From the IMG/VR virus record IMGVR_UViG_3300038974_000531, positions 1-33,629 of that record: a stretch of DNA of 33,629 bases; one strand, given 5' to 3'. Shown one piece after another: positions 17,794 to 27,913 of this stretch. How positions within the stretch are numbered: position 1 is the stretch's first letter; the number at the start of each line of letters is the position of its first letter. Source of the DNA: a virus (Duplodnaviria > Caudoviricetes). Made by a program: the position numbers and the translations under genes. The notes beneath the pieces were generated by a model. It worked only from the letters and a program-made list of their open reading frames with translations. It searched no databases and was not told the origin of the DNA.

Positions 17794-18212
17794 CCTACCT
17801 TTCCCTGGATGAGTTGAAGCTGCGCGATGCCGAGCGGCTGCCGCGCCTTGAGGACGGGCAGCTGAACGAGGAGCGCTGCATCACCGCCCTGGGGGACGCC
17901 GCCGAGATCGTGAGGACCTACCTCCCCGAGCTGATCGGGGAGGACGGCCTGCCCTTGGACCCGCCCGCCCGTCTGGCGGGATCGCTCAAGCCGATCGTGC
18001 GCGACATCGCCATGTACCTGCTCAACGAGAGACCCGGCGAGGAGTCGGTGAACGCACGCTACGACCGGGCCATCAAGCTTTTGATCGCCCTGGGCGGAGG
18101 TTCGGCCGGAGGGTCGGGAGCCGCCGGCGGACCCGATCCACTGGATACGAACAATGCAGAATTGATTGACGGACGCAGCGAGTTCATCCCGCCAGGAGGA
18201 CTGTACCACTGA
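17790..18212 (+). CDS. head-tail adaptor (Mu gp36/DUF1320-like)
   Basis: MTYLSLDEL...ALGDA...DIAMYLL...RYDRAIKLL. Confidence 0.75.
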   Translation: MTYLSLDELKLRDAERLPRLEDGQLNEERCITALGDAAEIVRTYLPELIGEDGLPLDPPARLAGSLKPIVRDIAMYLLNERPGEESVNARYDRAIKLLIALGGGSAGGSGAAGGPDPLDTNNAELIDGRSEFIPPGGLYH

Positions 18213-18658
18213 TGGGCGCCTCATTCCGTGTGGACATCAGCGAGCTTGAGGCCTTGCAGGCTATGCTGGCCAAGGTCGCCGTCCTTGACTTGGATGCGCT
18301 GGAGAACGCCTTCGGTGAGATAGCAGTCACCAATGCCCAGGATCGGTTCGAGAAAAAGGCTGATCCAGAGAGGACACAGTGGAAGAAGTGGTCCGATAAG
18401 TACCACAAGAAGATCGCAGGTGATGCACGCAGATCGGTGCTTATGGGACCGACGGCCCGCCTGCAGCAGTCGCTCACCTACGAGAACCGCAGCGACGGTG
18501 TCTACGTGGGTTCTACGATGGTGTACGCAAGGGTGCATCAGCAAGGATGGGAGGAACGCAACATTCCGGCCCGTCCATATCTTGGAGTCGGGGCCGAGGA
18601 TGCCGAGGACTTTTACCAGGCAACCGAGACCGTGCTGAAACAGGGAGGCATCGCATGA
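18212..18658 (+). CDS. virion morphogenesis protein (Mu gpG/P2 S-like)
   Basis: RFEKKADP...W...LQQSL...VGSTMVYARVHQQG...IPARPYLG. Confidence 0.85.
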   Translation: MGASFRVDISELEALQAMLAKVAVLDLDALENAFGEIAVTNAQDRFEKKADPERTQWKKWSDKYHKKIAGDARRSVLMGPTARLQQSLTYENRSDGVYVGSTMVYARVHQQGWEERNIPARPYLGVGAEDAEDFYQATETVLKQGGIA

Positions 18659-19563
18659 CATTGGAAGCGGCACAGGCAAGCGCGAGTGCAGCATTGGCAG
18701 CGGCATTCTCCACCTTCGTGCCGAAGGTCTACGTGGAGGATTACGACGGTGTGTTCTCCCTGGACGAGGCCAACAAGAAGGGCAGCGCCACCCCCAAGCT
18801 TATGGTCAGTCCGCTCTCGGTGGACAACGAGGGTGTGAAGCTGGCCGTGTATACGCTGTTCAGATCGACCGACCGCCGGCAGGTGGAGGTGCTCGATCTG
18901 TGTGTACAGGCCTTGAGGGGCCTTGGAGGAAGCGGCAGACCGCCTTTGAACGTATCCAGCCGGTCGTTGTACGACAAGGATGCGTTGAAAAGCAGCTTGC
19001 GGCTGTGGGTGCACATGGTCGATTGGCCGCACCTTGCTATCGGGGACGACCCGCTTGCATCCGGAGGCCCTGTGGCCGCCGAGAAGCAGCGTATCGCTTC
19101 CCTCTTTTCCGGCACCTGCCCGGTCGCCCAGAGCGAGCAGCAGCTGAAGGCCCTGGTGCTCTCCTCCGTCCTGCCGTTTATCGGCATCCAGGAGGGAAGC
19201 GGGGTCTTCGAGAAGGGCGAGGCCAGGACGGTCAAGTACACCGATGCCGAGGGCAAGTTGTACAGGCGCACCGTAAAGGGCAGTGCCACCTGGCCGATTT
19301 CCATCGCCGCCTATGCCCACAGCGAGGCGGAGGCTGAAGGCCTGCTTTGGCCGCTTCTGGCATTGCTGCCGAATGTGAGCACGCAGGATGGTCTGAACAC
19401 CACCACGCTGGTGGTGGAGCTGCATTCCGGCAAGGGCGAGAATGGCGCATCGGTCGCATCGGTCACGGTCAACCTGGTCGTGCCGGTGGCAACGCAGCCG
19501 GAGCGCGTCGCACAGTTCAAGAACGCCGTGGTAACCGACACGGTGATATCGAGGAGGGTTTGA
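18655..19563 (+). CDS. tail completion/terminator-like protein (Mu gp37 position)
   Basis: GGAGG RBS, ATGA overlap; 302 aa between head completion genes and the sheath. Confidence 0.5.
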   Translation: MTLEAAQASASAALAAAFSTFVPKVYVEDYDGVFSLDEANKKGSATPKLMVSPLSVDNEGVKLAVYTLFRSTDRRQVEVLDLCVQALRGLGGSGRPPLNVSSRSLYDKDALKSSLRLWVHMVDWPHLAIGDDPLASGGPVAAEKQRIASLFSGTCPVAQSEQQLKALVLSSVLPFIGIQEGSGVFEKGEARTVKYTDAEGKLYRRTVKGSATWPISIAAYAHSEAEAEGLLWPLLALLPNVSTQDGLNTTTLVVELHSGKGENGASVASVTVNLVVPVATQPERVAQFKNAVVTDTVISRRV

Positions 19564-19751
19564 TGAAGAAGACCGAAGAGTCGGCCAAGTACAGGATTGA
19601 GGACTTGGCCAAGGGCATCGATGCCGCCACGTTTGCCGCCGTGTGCGTCATGAAAAACTGGAGTCCTGGAAAGAGTGTTTCACAGGGTGAATTCGACCAG
19701 GCTGTGAAGCAGTTCCTGAACGCTCCCGCCGGGCGTACCAAAAGGGGGTAA
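19563..19751 (+). CDS. small hypothetical tail-region protein
   Basis: 62 aa, GAGGAGG RBS, just before the sheath gene. Confidence 0.55.
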   Translation: MKKTEESAKYRIEDLAKGIDAATFAAVCVMKNWSPGKSVSQGEFDQAVKQFLNAPAGRTKRG

Positions 19752-19754
19752 CCG

Positions 19755-21173
19755 ATGGCAAGAGGACATGTAAACAATTCGATACTGGACGGAGCGCTGG
19801 GCGTGCAGCCTGCCGCATCCACCGGGATTTTCGGTGCCGTCGGTGTGGCAGCCGCCGGCTATGGCCAGGGGATTCTCATCCTCACCACCGCAGCTGACGC
19901 CCAGGAGAAACTTCTGGCTGGACCACTTCGTGATCTGATCGTGTCGGCCCTGTCGCTGGCCAACACCACCGTGTATGCGGTTCCTCTTCTGGGGACTGTG
20001 GACGGTGTGGTCTCCGCCGTGCTCAAGGCTGCGGCAGCTACCGGAACCGGCAGCATGACCGTTGCCGGTCTTCCGCGCAACGACTACGACGTGAGCGTCG
20101 AGATCAAGGGCAGCGGCGGCCTCAACGAGGCATCGGCCGTGGTCACCGTGGACGGTATCCCGTCCGCACGGTTCACCATCGCAGAGGATGGCAAGTATGT
20201 GATCGCCGGAACCGGTCTGACGCTGACCTTCGTTGCAGGGGCCGAGGGAATTTCCTTCGCCGCCGGCGATGTGTTCACCTTCAGCACCAGCGCCCCGGGC
20301 GCCACGAATGCCGAGCTGCTTGCAGGCATCGACTCATTGCTTGAGTCTTCCTATGCGTTCGAGTGGATCGCCGTGGCAGGCGTCACCGATGCGGCCATGT
20401 GGGCGGCCCTGGCCACCAAGGCGACCGGCGCCGAAGCCTTCTACCGCTACATCCACTTCAAGGCCCAGGCACGGTATCTGGATGAGGGCGAGACGATCGA
20501 CCAATGGGTGGCGGCCCTCACCGGGGACGAACGCGGCTTGACCGTGGGCGGCCGGGTGCAGGTCTATGCTGCATATCTTTTGCAGGCCGACCCGTTCGGT
20601 GCCACCGATGTGCGTGGTGCGATCGGTCTTGCCTGCGGCATGAGCGCAAGGCGCGACGTGCAGGAGCCGGTCGATGCTGTGCGCAACGGTTCGGTCAGCG
20701 GCGTGGTGAAGCTGCTCCCCGAGGGGATCAACGGCGGACACATCGACGCATTGGACAATGCCGGCTATGCGACGCTCACCACCTACATCGGCCTCACCGG
20801 CGCGTACATCACCCACGGGCGGATGTTCGCCGAGGGCACCAGCGACTACGGACTGGAGGAGCGCAGGCGGGTCATGGACCTTGCATGCCACCGCATCCGG
20901 ACCGCGCAGCTGATGTACCTCAACGATACGGTCTCCATCGCCGCCGACGGCAGCATGGAAGGCATCGAGATGTTCAAGGCGATCAGCCAGCAGGTGCTCA
21001 ACGACATGGCCGCGGCCGGTCAGATCAGCGCCGGCGAGATCGAGATCGATCCCAACCAGAACATCTTGAGCACTGAGACGATCGAGACGCGCGTCAAGAT
21101 CGTTCCGCTTGGCAAGATGACCTTCATCGAGAACGTCATCAGCTACGCAAACCCAGTCCTTGAGGAGGAATAG
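19755..21173 (+). CDS. contractile tail sheath (DUF2586-like)
   Basis: I.DGALG N-terminus; LDNAGYATL..Y.G..G.YIT.GRM....SDY..E.RRVMD.A C-terminal sheath pattern. Confidence 0.8.
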   Translation: MARGHVNNSILDGALGVQPAASTGIFGAVGVAAAGYGQGILILTTAADAQEKLLAGPLRDLIVSALSLANTTVYAVPLLGTVDGVVSAVLKAAAATGTGSMTVAGLPRNDYDVSVEIKGSGGLNEASAVVTVDGIPSARFTIAEDGKYVIAGTGLTLTFVAGAEGISFAAGDVFTFSTSAPGATNAELLAGIDSLLESSYAFEWIAVAGVTDAAMWAALATKATGAEAFYRYIHFKAQARYLDEGETIDQWVAALTGDERGLTVGGRVQVYAAYLLQADPFGATDVRGAIGLACGMSARRDVQEPVDAVRNGSVSGVVKLLPEGINGGHIDALDNAGYATLTTYIGLTGAYITHGRMFAEGTSDYGLEERRRVMDLACHRIRTAQLMYLNDTVSIAADGSMEGIEMFKAISQQVLNDMAAAGQISAGEIEIDPNQNILSTETIETRVKIVPLGKMTFIENVISYANPVLEEE

Positions 21174-21174
21174 G

Positions 21175-21603
21175 ATGATTAACGGAGTAGTCTATGACTT
21201 TGAGTCCATCAAGGTGCAGCTGCCTACCGGCATGGTAAGCACGGTCGAGGACATCAAGTACGGCGTCAAGAAGGACGTGGACGTGGTGACCGACAAGAAC
21301 GGCATTCCCCGCGGTACGGTGCGCAAGGCATACGAGGGCGACTTCGAGATGACCTTGGCACTCGGCGAGTACGAACGCCTGGCACAGAGTGCGCCCAGGG
21401 GCATCCTTGCCCTGGACCCGTTCCCGATTGTCGTCTCCATGGGGGATGGGGCAAGCCCGGTGGTGACCGACACGATCATCGTGAAGATCACCGAGGTGCC
21501 GCGCGAGTTCAAGAAGGATGACGAGATCAAGATGTCGGTCAAGGGAAAGCAGACCGCCGTCGCGAAACTGAACGGTAAGCTTGCTTACCAGCCGCTCGGA
21601 TAA
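21175..21603 (+). CDS. tail tube protein
   Basis: MINGVVYDFESI...PRGTVRKAYEG; follows the sheath. Confidence 0.7.
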   Translation: MINGVVYDFESIKVQLPTGMVSTVEDIKYGVKKDVDVVTDKNGIPRGTVRKAYEGDFEMTLALGEYERLAQSAPRGILALDPFPIVVSMGDGASPVVTDTIIVKITEVPREFKKDDEIKMSVKGKQTAVAKLNGKLAYQPLG

Positions 21604-21614
21604 GGAGGTAGGCG

Positions 21615-21956
21615 ATGTTCGACAATGACGTTCTGAAGTCTGTCAAGGAAAAGAACCCCAACAGCACGCTGTATGTGGGTGAGATCAGTTTCAAGGACCA
21701 GGAAGACAAGCCGTACAAGCTTGAGTTCATCTGGCGGACGCCCACCGTGGCCGACATGGAGGCGTACAACAAGGCGGCTGCGAAGAATGCCTTCACCGCC
21801 CAGAACAACCTGCTTGTCAGCCTGGTGGTTCATCCGGACCCCAAGAGCGTGGCCGATGTGATCCAGAAATTCCCGGCCGTCACGGCTGATTTCGTGGAGA
21901 AGCAGGTGTCGCCTTTTTTCGGCACGGAGGTGGTGAGCACGAGCCGGAAGCTCTGA
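21615..21956 (+). CDS. tail assembly chaperone
   Basis: Between tube and tape measure genes; TAAGGAGG RBS; a -1-frame open extension runs to 22114. Confidence 0.7.
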   Translation: MFDNDVLKSVKEKNPNSTLYVGEISFKDQEDKPYKLEFIWRTPTVADMEAYNKAAAKNAFTAQNNLLVSLVVHPDPKSVADVIQKFPAVTADFVEKQVSPFFGTEVVSTSRKL

Positions 21957-22117
21957 CGAAAACCCGCCTGTTCATCAGGCGGTTCACCGGCGTGGACGTG
22001 TCTGGCTATCCGGCCGACGGCATTGATTGCCTGTTGGCCGAAGCCAAGTACCTCCGCAGCCTTGAAGTCGGGATCATCGCCGATGCGGTGGCAAGTCTTT
22101 TCAGAAAGGAGTAGGGA

Positions 22118-24631
22118 TTGAAGAACTTCGTAGCCAATATAAAACTGGTTCTCCAGGACTCCTTCTCCAGTGGATTGAACGCGGCCCGTACCTCCGTCAA
22201 GGGGATCGGGGAAAGTCTGCAGGGCCTGCAAGCGAATACGGGGCTGCTGCAGACTGCGTCGTCTCTGGGGTTGATGGCCGCTTCGACCGAGCAGTACCGC
22301 CAAAAATTGGTGGCAAGCCTGGCCGAACCGTCCAGGAAAGCCGGCGAGCTTGAGCAGTCCCTGGCGGCTGCCACCACCGTCATGAATGCAGGCAACACCG
22401 TCGATGGATCGGTTGCCAAGACCTACGACCTGCTGCGCAAGCAGGCCCTCTCATGGGCCAGCGGCCATGCCGAGGGAAGCAGGATCGCATCGGTGAGCGC
22501 ATCCGAATATGCAGCCACCACCTACTCCATGCTTAGTGCCGGCCTCAAGACCGAGGCCGCCATCGCTGCGACGAACCGCAGCTTGATCCTTGCCAAGGGC
22601 ACGATGGGCGACAACAAGACTGCCGCTGATCTCTTGGCCATTTCCTACAATACGATGGGCGACAAGACGGCGGATATAGACAGTGAGATGTCCCGACTTG
22701 CCGACACCATCGCCAACACCCAGGCGACCTTCCAGATCGCCAACCTCGGCCAGCTCAACGAGGGCCTCAAGTACGGCATCCCGGTTGCCCAGAAGTACGG
22801 CATCGCGTGGACCGAACTGAACACCATCATCGGCCAGCTGAACACCAGCGGCCTTTCCGGCAGCCTTGCCGGAACGTCCCTGTCGTCCATGATGGCGCAG
22901 ATGAACAAGGCCAGCGGAAAGCTCGGCTTCAATATCGCATACAACGAACAGGGTGGAACCGATGTGATCGGTACCCTGGAGAATATACAAAAGAAATTCG
23001 GGGATGTGACCAAGCTTGCCCCCAACGTGCAGATGGCCTTCGACGAGGCGTTCGGCACCGAGGGCGGGCGTGCGCTCACCCTGCTTAGTGCATCGCTTGA
23101 GAGCCTCAAGGCGAACTATGGCCAGATCGGCGCATCGGACGGCCAGTCAACCATGATGGCCGAGCGGATGAGCGACAGTTTTGTCGAACAGACCAAGCGC
23201 ATGGAGAATGCCAGGAGCGCCCTGCAGTCCCAGCTGGGAGAGTCCACCAACAAGATACAAGGCCAGCTGATGGGCGTGCAGACCGCCTGGTACAATATGG
23301 CAGGCGCTGTACTTTCCACGCCGATCGGCGGGAAACTTTCCACCCTGGTCTCCGGGGGAACCCTGGCTACAAGCGCCCTTCTGAAGGTCGGCGGGACCGC
23401 CTTGAACACCACCGCCCAGATCGCCACGATCGCGGCCATGGGAGGAAAGGCCGGGGGCATGCTGAAGTTGCTCAAGAGCAGTGCCACCCTGTTGGCATCA
23501 CCGCTGATTGGATTGGGCCATGGGCTTGCGAAGATCGGGGGCGGCATCATGGCGGCACTTCCGGCCATGGGCACGTGGATCACTTCCATGTTCAGCGCTG
23601 CTGCCGCCCATTGGGCCGTCATCGCTCCCGTCGCCCTTATCGTCGCCGGTGTGATCGCCCTGGGCGTGGCCATCTTCATGATCGTCAAGCATTGGGATTC
23701 CATCAAGGCCGCCGCAGTCGGCGCATGGGAAGGCATCAAGACCGCCTGGGGTGCCGCCGGCCAATGGCTGGGTGGTGTCTGGGATTCTGTGACTGCCGGC
23801 GTCATGGGTGCATGGCAGGGAGTGAAGCAGTGGTTCGCAGGCCTGTGGGATTCGATCACAGGCGGAGCGGTCGCGGCCTTCGATTGGATCGTGGGCAAGA
23901 TCACCGCGGTTGCGACGGCCATCAAGCAGCCGTTCACCTGGATCAAGGACAAGATCGGCGGCCTGTTCGGTGGTGATGATTCACAGCAGGCTCCCCTGGA
24001 GGCTCCGCAGGTCGCAGCCTCCCCTATAGGACAGGCTCCTGCTCCCGCCGGTGAACCAAAGAAGGGCATCGGGACTTGGATCAAGGACAAGGTGGGCGGA
24101 CTGTTTGGACGGAATGAAGGTAAGGCGGCCATGGACGCAATGGCTGCCGGCATCGAGGGACAGGCTCCTGTCTTGGCCGATACGACCGCATCGGCCTTCG
24201 GCCAGACTTCCGCATTCATCCCCCATAGCGACGCCAAGCGCGGCCCGTTCTCCACCCTCACCGCTTCCGGACGTGCAATCCCTGCGACCTTGGCCAAGGG
24301 CCTGTCCCAGGGCGGTGCATTGCTTACCAGGGCGAGCGAGAACCTGTTCGCCCGTGTCCAGGTTGCATCACCTGCAGCAAACGTGCTGCAGTTCCCCACC
24401 CCAGAGCAGGAAGGAAGCCGTGAGGCGTCAGCTCCCCAGGGACAGGGCGGCTTGCTCTCCGCTTTGGTGGACAGACTTTCCAAGCGCGAGCAGAAGATTG
24501 AGAAGCATTACCACACCGAGATCAAGCAGATCACCCTTCCGGATGTGAAGGATATCCAGGATGTGATCCGCTTCGTATCTTCGCTTGAGCAGCAGTTCGA
24601 GCTGGACAGCACGGAGGAGGTTGCCATATGA
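22118..24631 (+). CDS. tail tape measure protein (TP901-type core)
   Basis: 837 aa, Ala/Gly-rich; LNEGLKY...LNTSGLSGSLAGTSL...FGTEG; Trp-periodic repeats; TTG start with AAGGAG. Confidence 0.9.
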   Translation: MKNFVANIKLVLQDSFSSGLNAARTSVKGIGESLQGLQANTGLLQTASSLGLMAASTEQYRQKLVASLAEPSRKAGELEQSLAAATTVMNAGNTVDGSVAKTYDLLRKQALSWASGHAEGSRIASVSASEYAATTYSMLSAGLKTEAAIAATNRSLILAKGTMGDNKTAADLLAISYNTMGDKTADIDSEMSRLADTIANTQATFQIANLGQLNEGLKYGIPVAQKYGIAWTELNTIIGQLNTSGLSGSLAGTSLSSMMAQMNKASGKLGFNIAYNEQGGTDVIGTLENIQKKFGDVTKLAPNVQMAFDEAFGTEGGRALTLLSASLESLKANYGQIGASDGQSTMMAERMSDSFVEQTKRMENARSALQSQLGESTNKIQGQLMGVQTAWYNMAGAVLSTPIGGKLSTLVSGGTLATSALLKVGGTALNTTAQIATIAAMGGKAGGMLKLLKSSATLLASPLIGLGHGLAKIGGGIMAALPAMGTWITSMFSAAAAHWAVIAPVALIVAGVIALGVAIFMIVKHWDSIKAAAVGAWEGIKTAWGAAGQWLGGVWDSVTAGVMGAWQGVKQWFAGLWDSITGGAVAAFDWIVGKITAVATAIKQPFTWIKDKIGGLFGGDDSQQAPLEAPQVAASPIGQAPAPAGEPKKGIGTWIKDKVGGLFGRNEGKAAMDAMAAGIEGQAPVLADTTASAFGQTSAFIPHSDAKRGPFSTLTASGRAIPATLAKGLSQGGALLTRASENLFARVQVASPAANVLQFPTPEQEGSREASAPQGQGGLLSALVDRLSKREQKIEKHYHTEIKQITLPDVKDIQDVIRFVSSLEQQFELDSTEEVAI

Positions 24632-25176
24632 GTGCCAACACCATCCGTTTGAATAATGATTTTTCCTTGACGGTCAACGGTGTAACCCTCCCCGGATTCG
24701 TGGAGCGGGTCAGCATCGGCGGCCAGATGGTCCTTGGCGAAGCCGAGCTGTTGCTTACCAGCGGATCGGAGAAGACCTTCAACGGGTTCGATGACGCTTC
24801 GGTCAAATTGTATCTGACCATGATCGAGCCGACCGACGGAGGGTCCAGCCGGTATGACAAGCTGCTGATCCTCACCAGCGCATTCAAGAAGTTGCGCCAG
24901 GGCGAGCCTGTGGTATACGCCCTGGAGGGGAATGTCTTTCGTTCTCACCAGCTGAAGGCGGCCCTGTTCCGCGGCCTGTCCAGCGATGACGGCAAGGACG
25001 CCGACCGCCTGGACGTGGTCATCTCCCTGGTCGAGCACGACCCTGTGGTGGGCAAGGTGCAGAAGCAGCAGGGTGCGGCGACCCAGGACAGCGGTACGAC
25101 GGATATTCAACCGACGCTGATGACGGCGGCGGAGAGCAGGAAATTGCAAGCATTGGAGGCGGATTACCATGAATGA
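24628..25176 (+). CDS. tail/baseplate protein following the tape measure
   Basis: ATGA overlap, GGAGG RBS, synteny only. Confidence 0.5.
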   Translation: MSANTIRLNNDFSLTVNGVTLPGFVERVSIGGQMVLGEAELLLTSGSEKTFNGFDDASVKLYLTMIEPTDGGSSRYDKLLILTSAFKKLRQGEPVVYALEGNVFRSHQLKAALFRGLSSDDGKDADRLDVVISLVEHDPVVGKVQKQQGAATQDSGTTDIQPTLMTAAESRKLQALEADYHE

Positions 25177-25912
25177 ATTGGGTACACGGGCGGTTGAGAT
25201 TGTCGTAGCGATCGATGGGCAGGAGGTGCAGTATTTGAACCTGTTGTTCCACTCCCGTATCTACGGGTCGACGGCAACCATCTATGTGCCTACCTCAACC
25301 AAGGCGGCCAAGGATTCGGTCGTCACGCTTTCGTACAGGCATGAGGACCGCCTGCAGCTGTTCGCCACCTTGGTGGTGAAACTTGTCAATCCCGGCGAGG
25401 TTGGGGTGAAACACCTGCTGTGCAAGGAGCCGTACTACCGGTCCATGGGAACGGTGGTGAAGGCCACCAGTTGGAGGAAGGCCACGGTTGCGGAGATCGC
25501 CACCGACATACTCACCGAGGCGGGTGTGGCCAAGTACGACCTGTCCGCGATCCCGTCCGTCCGTCTTGAGCGGTTCAGTTATCCGGACCAGATCATGTTC
25601 AGCCTGCTGCAGAACCTGCGCTGGGCCGTGCGCCAGTACCAGAAGCTTGACCTGGTGATAATCCCGGGCATCGATGGCGTGCTGCATTTCGGGCCGCTTG
25701 CTTCGATCCGTCCGGATTTTGGATCTTCGATCTCGGTTGTCACCGGCGTGGATATCCTGTGGATGCGCCGGGGAATGTACGGCCTGCATGTGCTGCCGCT
25801 GCTGTACGGCCAGCTGCTCACCATCGATGGCGTGCAATGCCAGGCCGAGGATGTGGAGATCGTGGTGAGGTCGGACCGGCACGAGACCTGTGCCAAGGTG
25901 AGGTGGCTATGA
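25169..25912 (+). CDS. baseplate hub-like protein
   Basis: Position before the spike; SWRKATVAEIATDIL segment resembles hub proteins. Confidence 0.45.
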   Translation: MNELGTRAVEIVVAIDGQEVQYLNLLFHSRIYGSTATIYVPTSTKAAKDSVVTLSYRHEDRLQLFATLVVKLVNPGEVGVKHLLCKEPYYRSMGTVVKATSWRKATVAEIATDILTEAGVAKYDLSAIPSVRLERFSYPDQIMFSLLQNLRWAVRQYQKLDLVIIPGIDGVLHFGPLASIRPDFGSSISVVTGVDILWMRRGMYGLHVLPLLYGQLLTIDGVQCQAEDVEIVVRSDRHETCAKVRWL

Positions 25913-26484
25913 GAAGCCTGGCCGAGATCATCGACGAGCGCATCCGCAGCCAGGTCGCAGCACCCGTGCTTGCGCGGGTGGACAAGGCCTATGTGAAGGC
26001 CGCAACCGGCGGCTACTGCATCGATGCGACCGTGCTTGTTCCGGGAAGCCTTGAGGCTACCGGCGAGCTGCTGAAGGAAGTTCCGCTTTCCCCTATCTGG
26101 GCAGGCAAGGACGGGCGTGGCATCTATGCTCCTCCGGAGGAGGGGACCGTGGTGGTCGTCTCTTTCATCGCCTCTTCGAAGGCATGGCCGTTTGTCGGTG
26201 CCGTCTATGGCGAGCAGGTCAAGCCTTGTTCCGACGCCGCCCCTGCATCGCTGGTGATCTGCGATGGAAAGGGTGCCCATATCACGCTGGCCGCCGATGG
26301 CAAGATCACGATCGCCAACGGTGGGGGAACGCTCAAGGCATTGCTCGATGAGATTCTCGACCTTTGTGGCGCATTGAAAGCGAACGGGACGGACACCCGC
26401 GGTGACTCGGTAATCACTACATCGATGGAGGCCGGAACGGCCGCAGGCATCAAGGCCAAGGTGGCCGCCCTGCTGGGAGAGTGA
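25909..26484 (+). CDS. baseplate spike (gpV/gp45-like)
   Basis: OB-fold-like LKEVPL...GIYAPPEEGTVVVVSF...PFVGAVY followed by beta repeats. Confidence 0.7.
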   Translation: MRSLAEIIDERIRSQVAAPVLARVDKAYVKAATGGYCIDATVLVPGSLEATGELLKEVPLSPIWAGKDGRGIYAPPEEGTVVVVSFIASSKAWPFVGAVYGEQVKPCSDAAPASLVICDGKGAHITLAADGKITIANGGGTLKALLDEILDLCGALKANGTDTRGDSVITTSMEAGTAAGIKAKVAALLGE

Positions 26485-26873
26485 GCATGGATTACGGTAC
26501 GGATTTGTATCTGGATGAGAATAGGGATGTGGTGTTCACTACCGACGGGGATGTGCAGCTTGCAAGCGGCGCCCGCCTGGTGGCCCAGGATATCCGCGAG
26601 GCATTGAGCATCCATGTGGGGGCGGTTGCCTGGGACAAGGAAGCGGGAAGCACCTTGCTGGATCAGCTCAACAGTGAGCTGGATGTGGATTTGACGGTAT
26701 GCAACGAGCTGGAGCGCGTGGCGCTTGCCGACCCGCGGGTGGATGCCTCGACGGTGGTGGCGACCAGGCTGGAGAACGGCACCTTCCGCCTTGCGTTCGC
26801 GGTGATAGGCGAGCTGGACGAGGTGCAGTTGCTCTTTGACCTGGAGGATTTGATGGGAGGACTGGATGGCTGA
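26481..26873 (+). CDS. baseplate wedge protein (gp25/W-like)
   Basis: GTDL...GDVQL.SG...QDI..AL...G...D..AGS...DPRV pattern before baseplate J. Confidence 0.65.
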   Translation: MSMDYGTDLYLDENRDVVFTTDGDVQLASGARLVAQDIREALSIHVGAVAWDKEAGSTLLDQLNSELDVDLTVCNELERVALADPRVDASTVVATRLENGTFRLAFAVIGELDEVQLLFDLEDLMGGLDG

Positions 26874-27912
26874 AGACTTGTCTTTTCTGCAGAAAAGCGA
26901 TGATGAGATACGCAAGGATGTGATCGTGGTTGCCTCCGAGGAGACCGGCATCCGCAACTTCAAGTCGACCGGTGTGCTCCGGGGACTGCTTGAAACCTTT
27001 TCCAGGATAGTCTCTACCCTGTATCGGAGTTATCTGACCCCGATCTACCAGCAGACCAACCTGGAAACGGCTGGCGGGCGCTGGCTTTCCATGTGGGGCC
27101 TCATGCTCGGCGTCGTGCGGCTTGCCGCAACCAAGACCCAAGGCTTGGCCACAGTGAGTGCATATGCCGACGGTTCCCTGGCTGCAGGGACATGGATCAC
27201 TGTTTCCGGAACCACGCTGCGTTTCCGGATTACTGAGGATGTGGCCTTTGTGGCCGGTATCTTCCAGGTTCCCGTCGAGGCGGAGTTCGCCGGTTCGCAG
27301 TACAACATCAGCGATGACCCCGGCCTGCTTACCAGGGTGATCGCCGGCATTGAAAGTGTTCACTTCGGACCCGACTGGATCACCTCCGCAGGGACCGATG
27401 AGGAGTTGGACGAAGCGTATCGCGCAAGGATATCGGACCGATGGATGAGCCAGGGACAAGGCAATCCGCCGGTGTCGTTCGAGTATTATGCGATGAGCGT
27501 TTCCGGAGTGAAGGAGATCAAGCTGATCCGTACCCCTCGGGGCTACGGAACGGTCGATGTGATCGTGGTGTCGGTTGCCGGCATTCCCTCCCAGGCCCTG
27601 CTTGACGACGTATACCAGGCCTTGTATGACCATGCCTTGATCTGCAACGACCTGCAGGTGAAGGGTCCGCAGCAGACCGCTGTCGCCATCGATGTGGTCT
27701 TCTCCGGAGAGGCGACCGAGAACGAGGTGCAGGAGGCTGTGCTGCAGCATGTGTATAGCCTTGGCATCGGTGGCAAGCTTGAGATCAGGGAGATTTATGC
27801 GACCCTTGATGCCCTCGGGCTTGACTCGGTGGAAGTCCTGGCACCAGCCAGGGATATAAGCGCCGACGAAGATTCGATCATCGTGGCAGCCGTGACGGCG
27901 ACGAAGGTGTGA
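26866..27912 (+). CDS. baseplate J-like protein
   Basis: TAGGRWL, VEAEFAGSQYN, GTDEELDEAYRARI, PRGYGTVDV. Confidence 0.9.
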   Translation: MAEDLSFLQKSDDEIRKDVIVVASEETGIRNFKSTGVLRGLLETFSRIVSTLYRSYLTPIYQQTNLETAGGRWLSMWGLMLGVVRLAATKTQGLATVSAYADGSLAAGTWITVSGTTLRFRITEDVAFVAGIFQVPVEAEFAGSQYNISDDPGLLTRVIAGIESVHFGPDWITSAGTDEELDEAYRARISDRWMSQGQGNPPVSFEYYAMSVSGVKEIKLIRTPRGYGTVDVIVVSVAGIPSQALLDDVYQALYDHALICNDLQVKGPQQTAVAIDVVFSGEATENEVQEAVLQHVYSLGIGGKLEIREIYATLDALGLDSVEVLAPARDISADEDSIIVAAVTATKV

Positions 27913-27913
27913 T

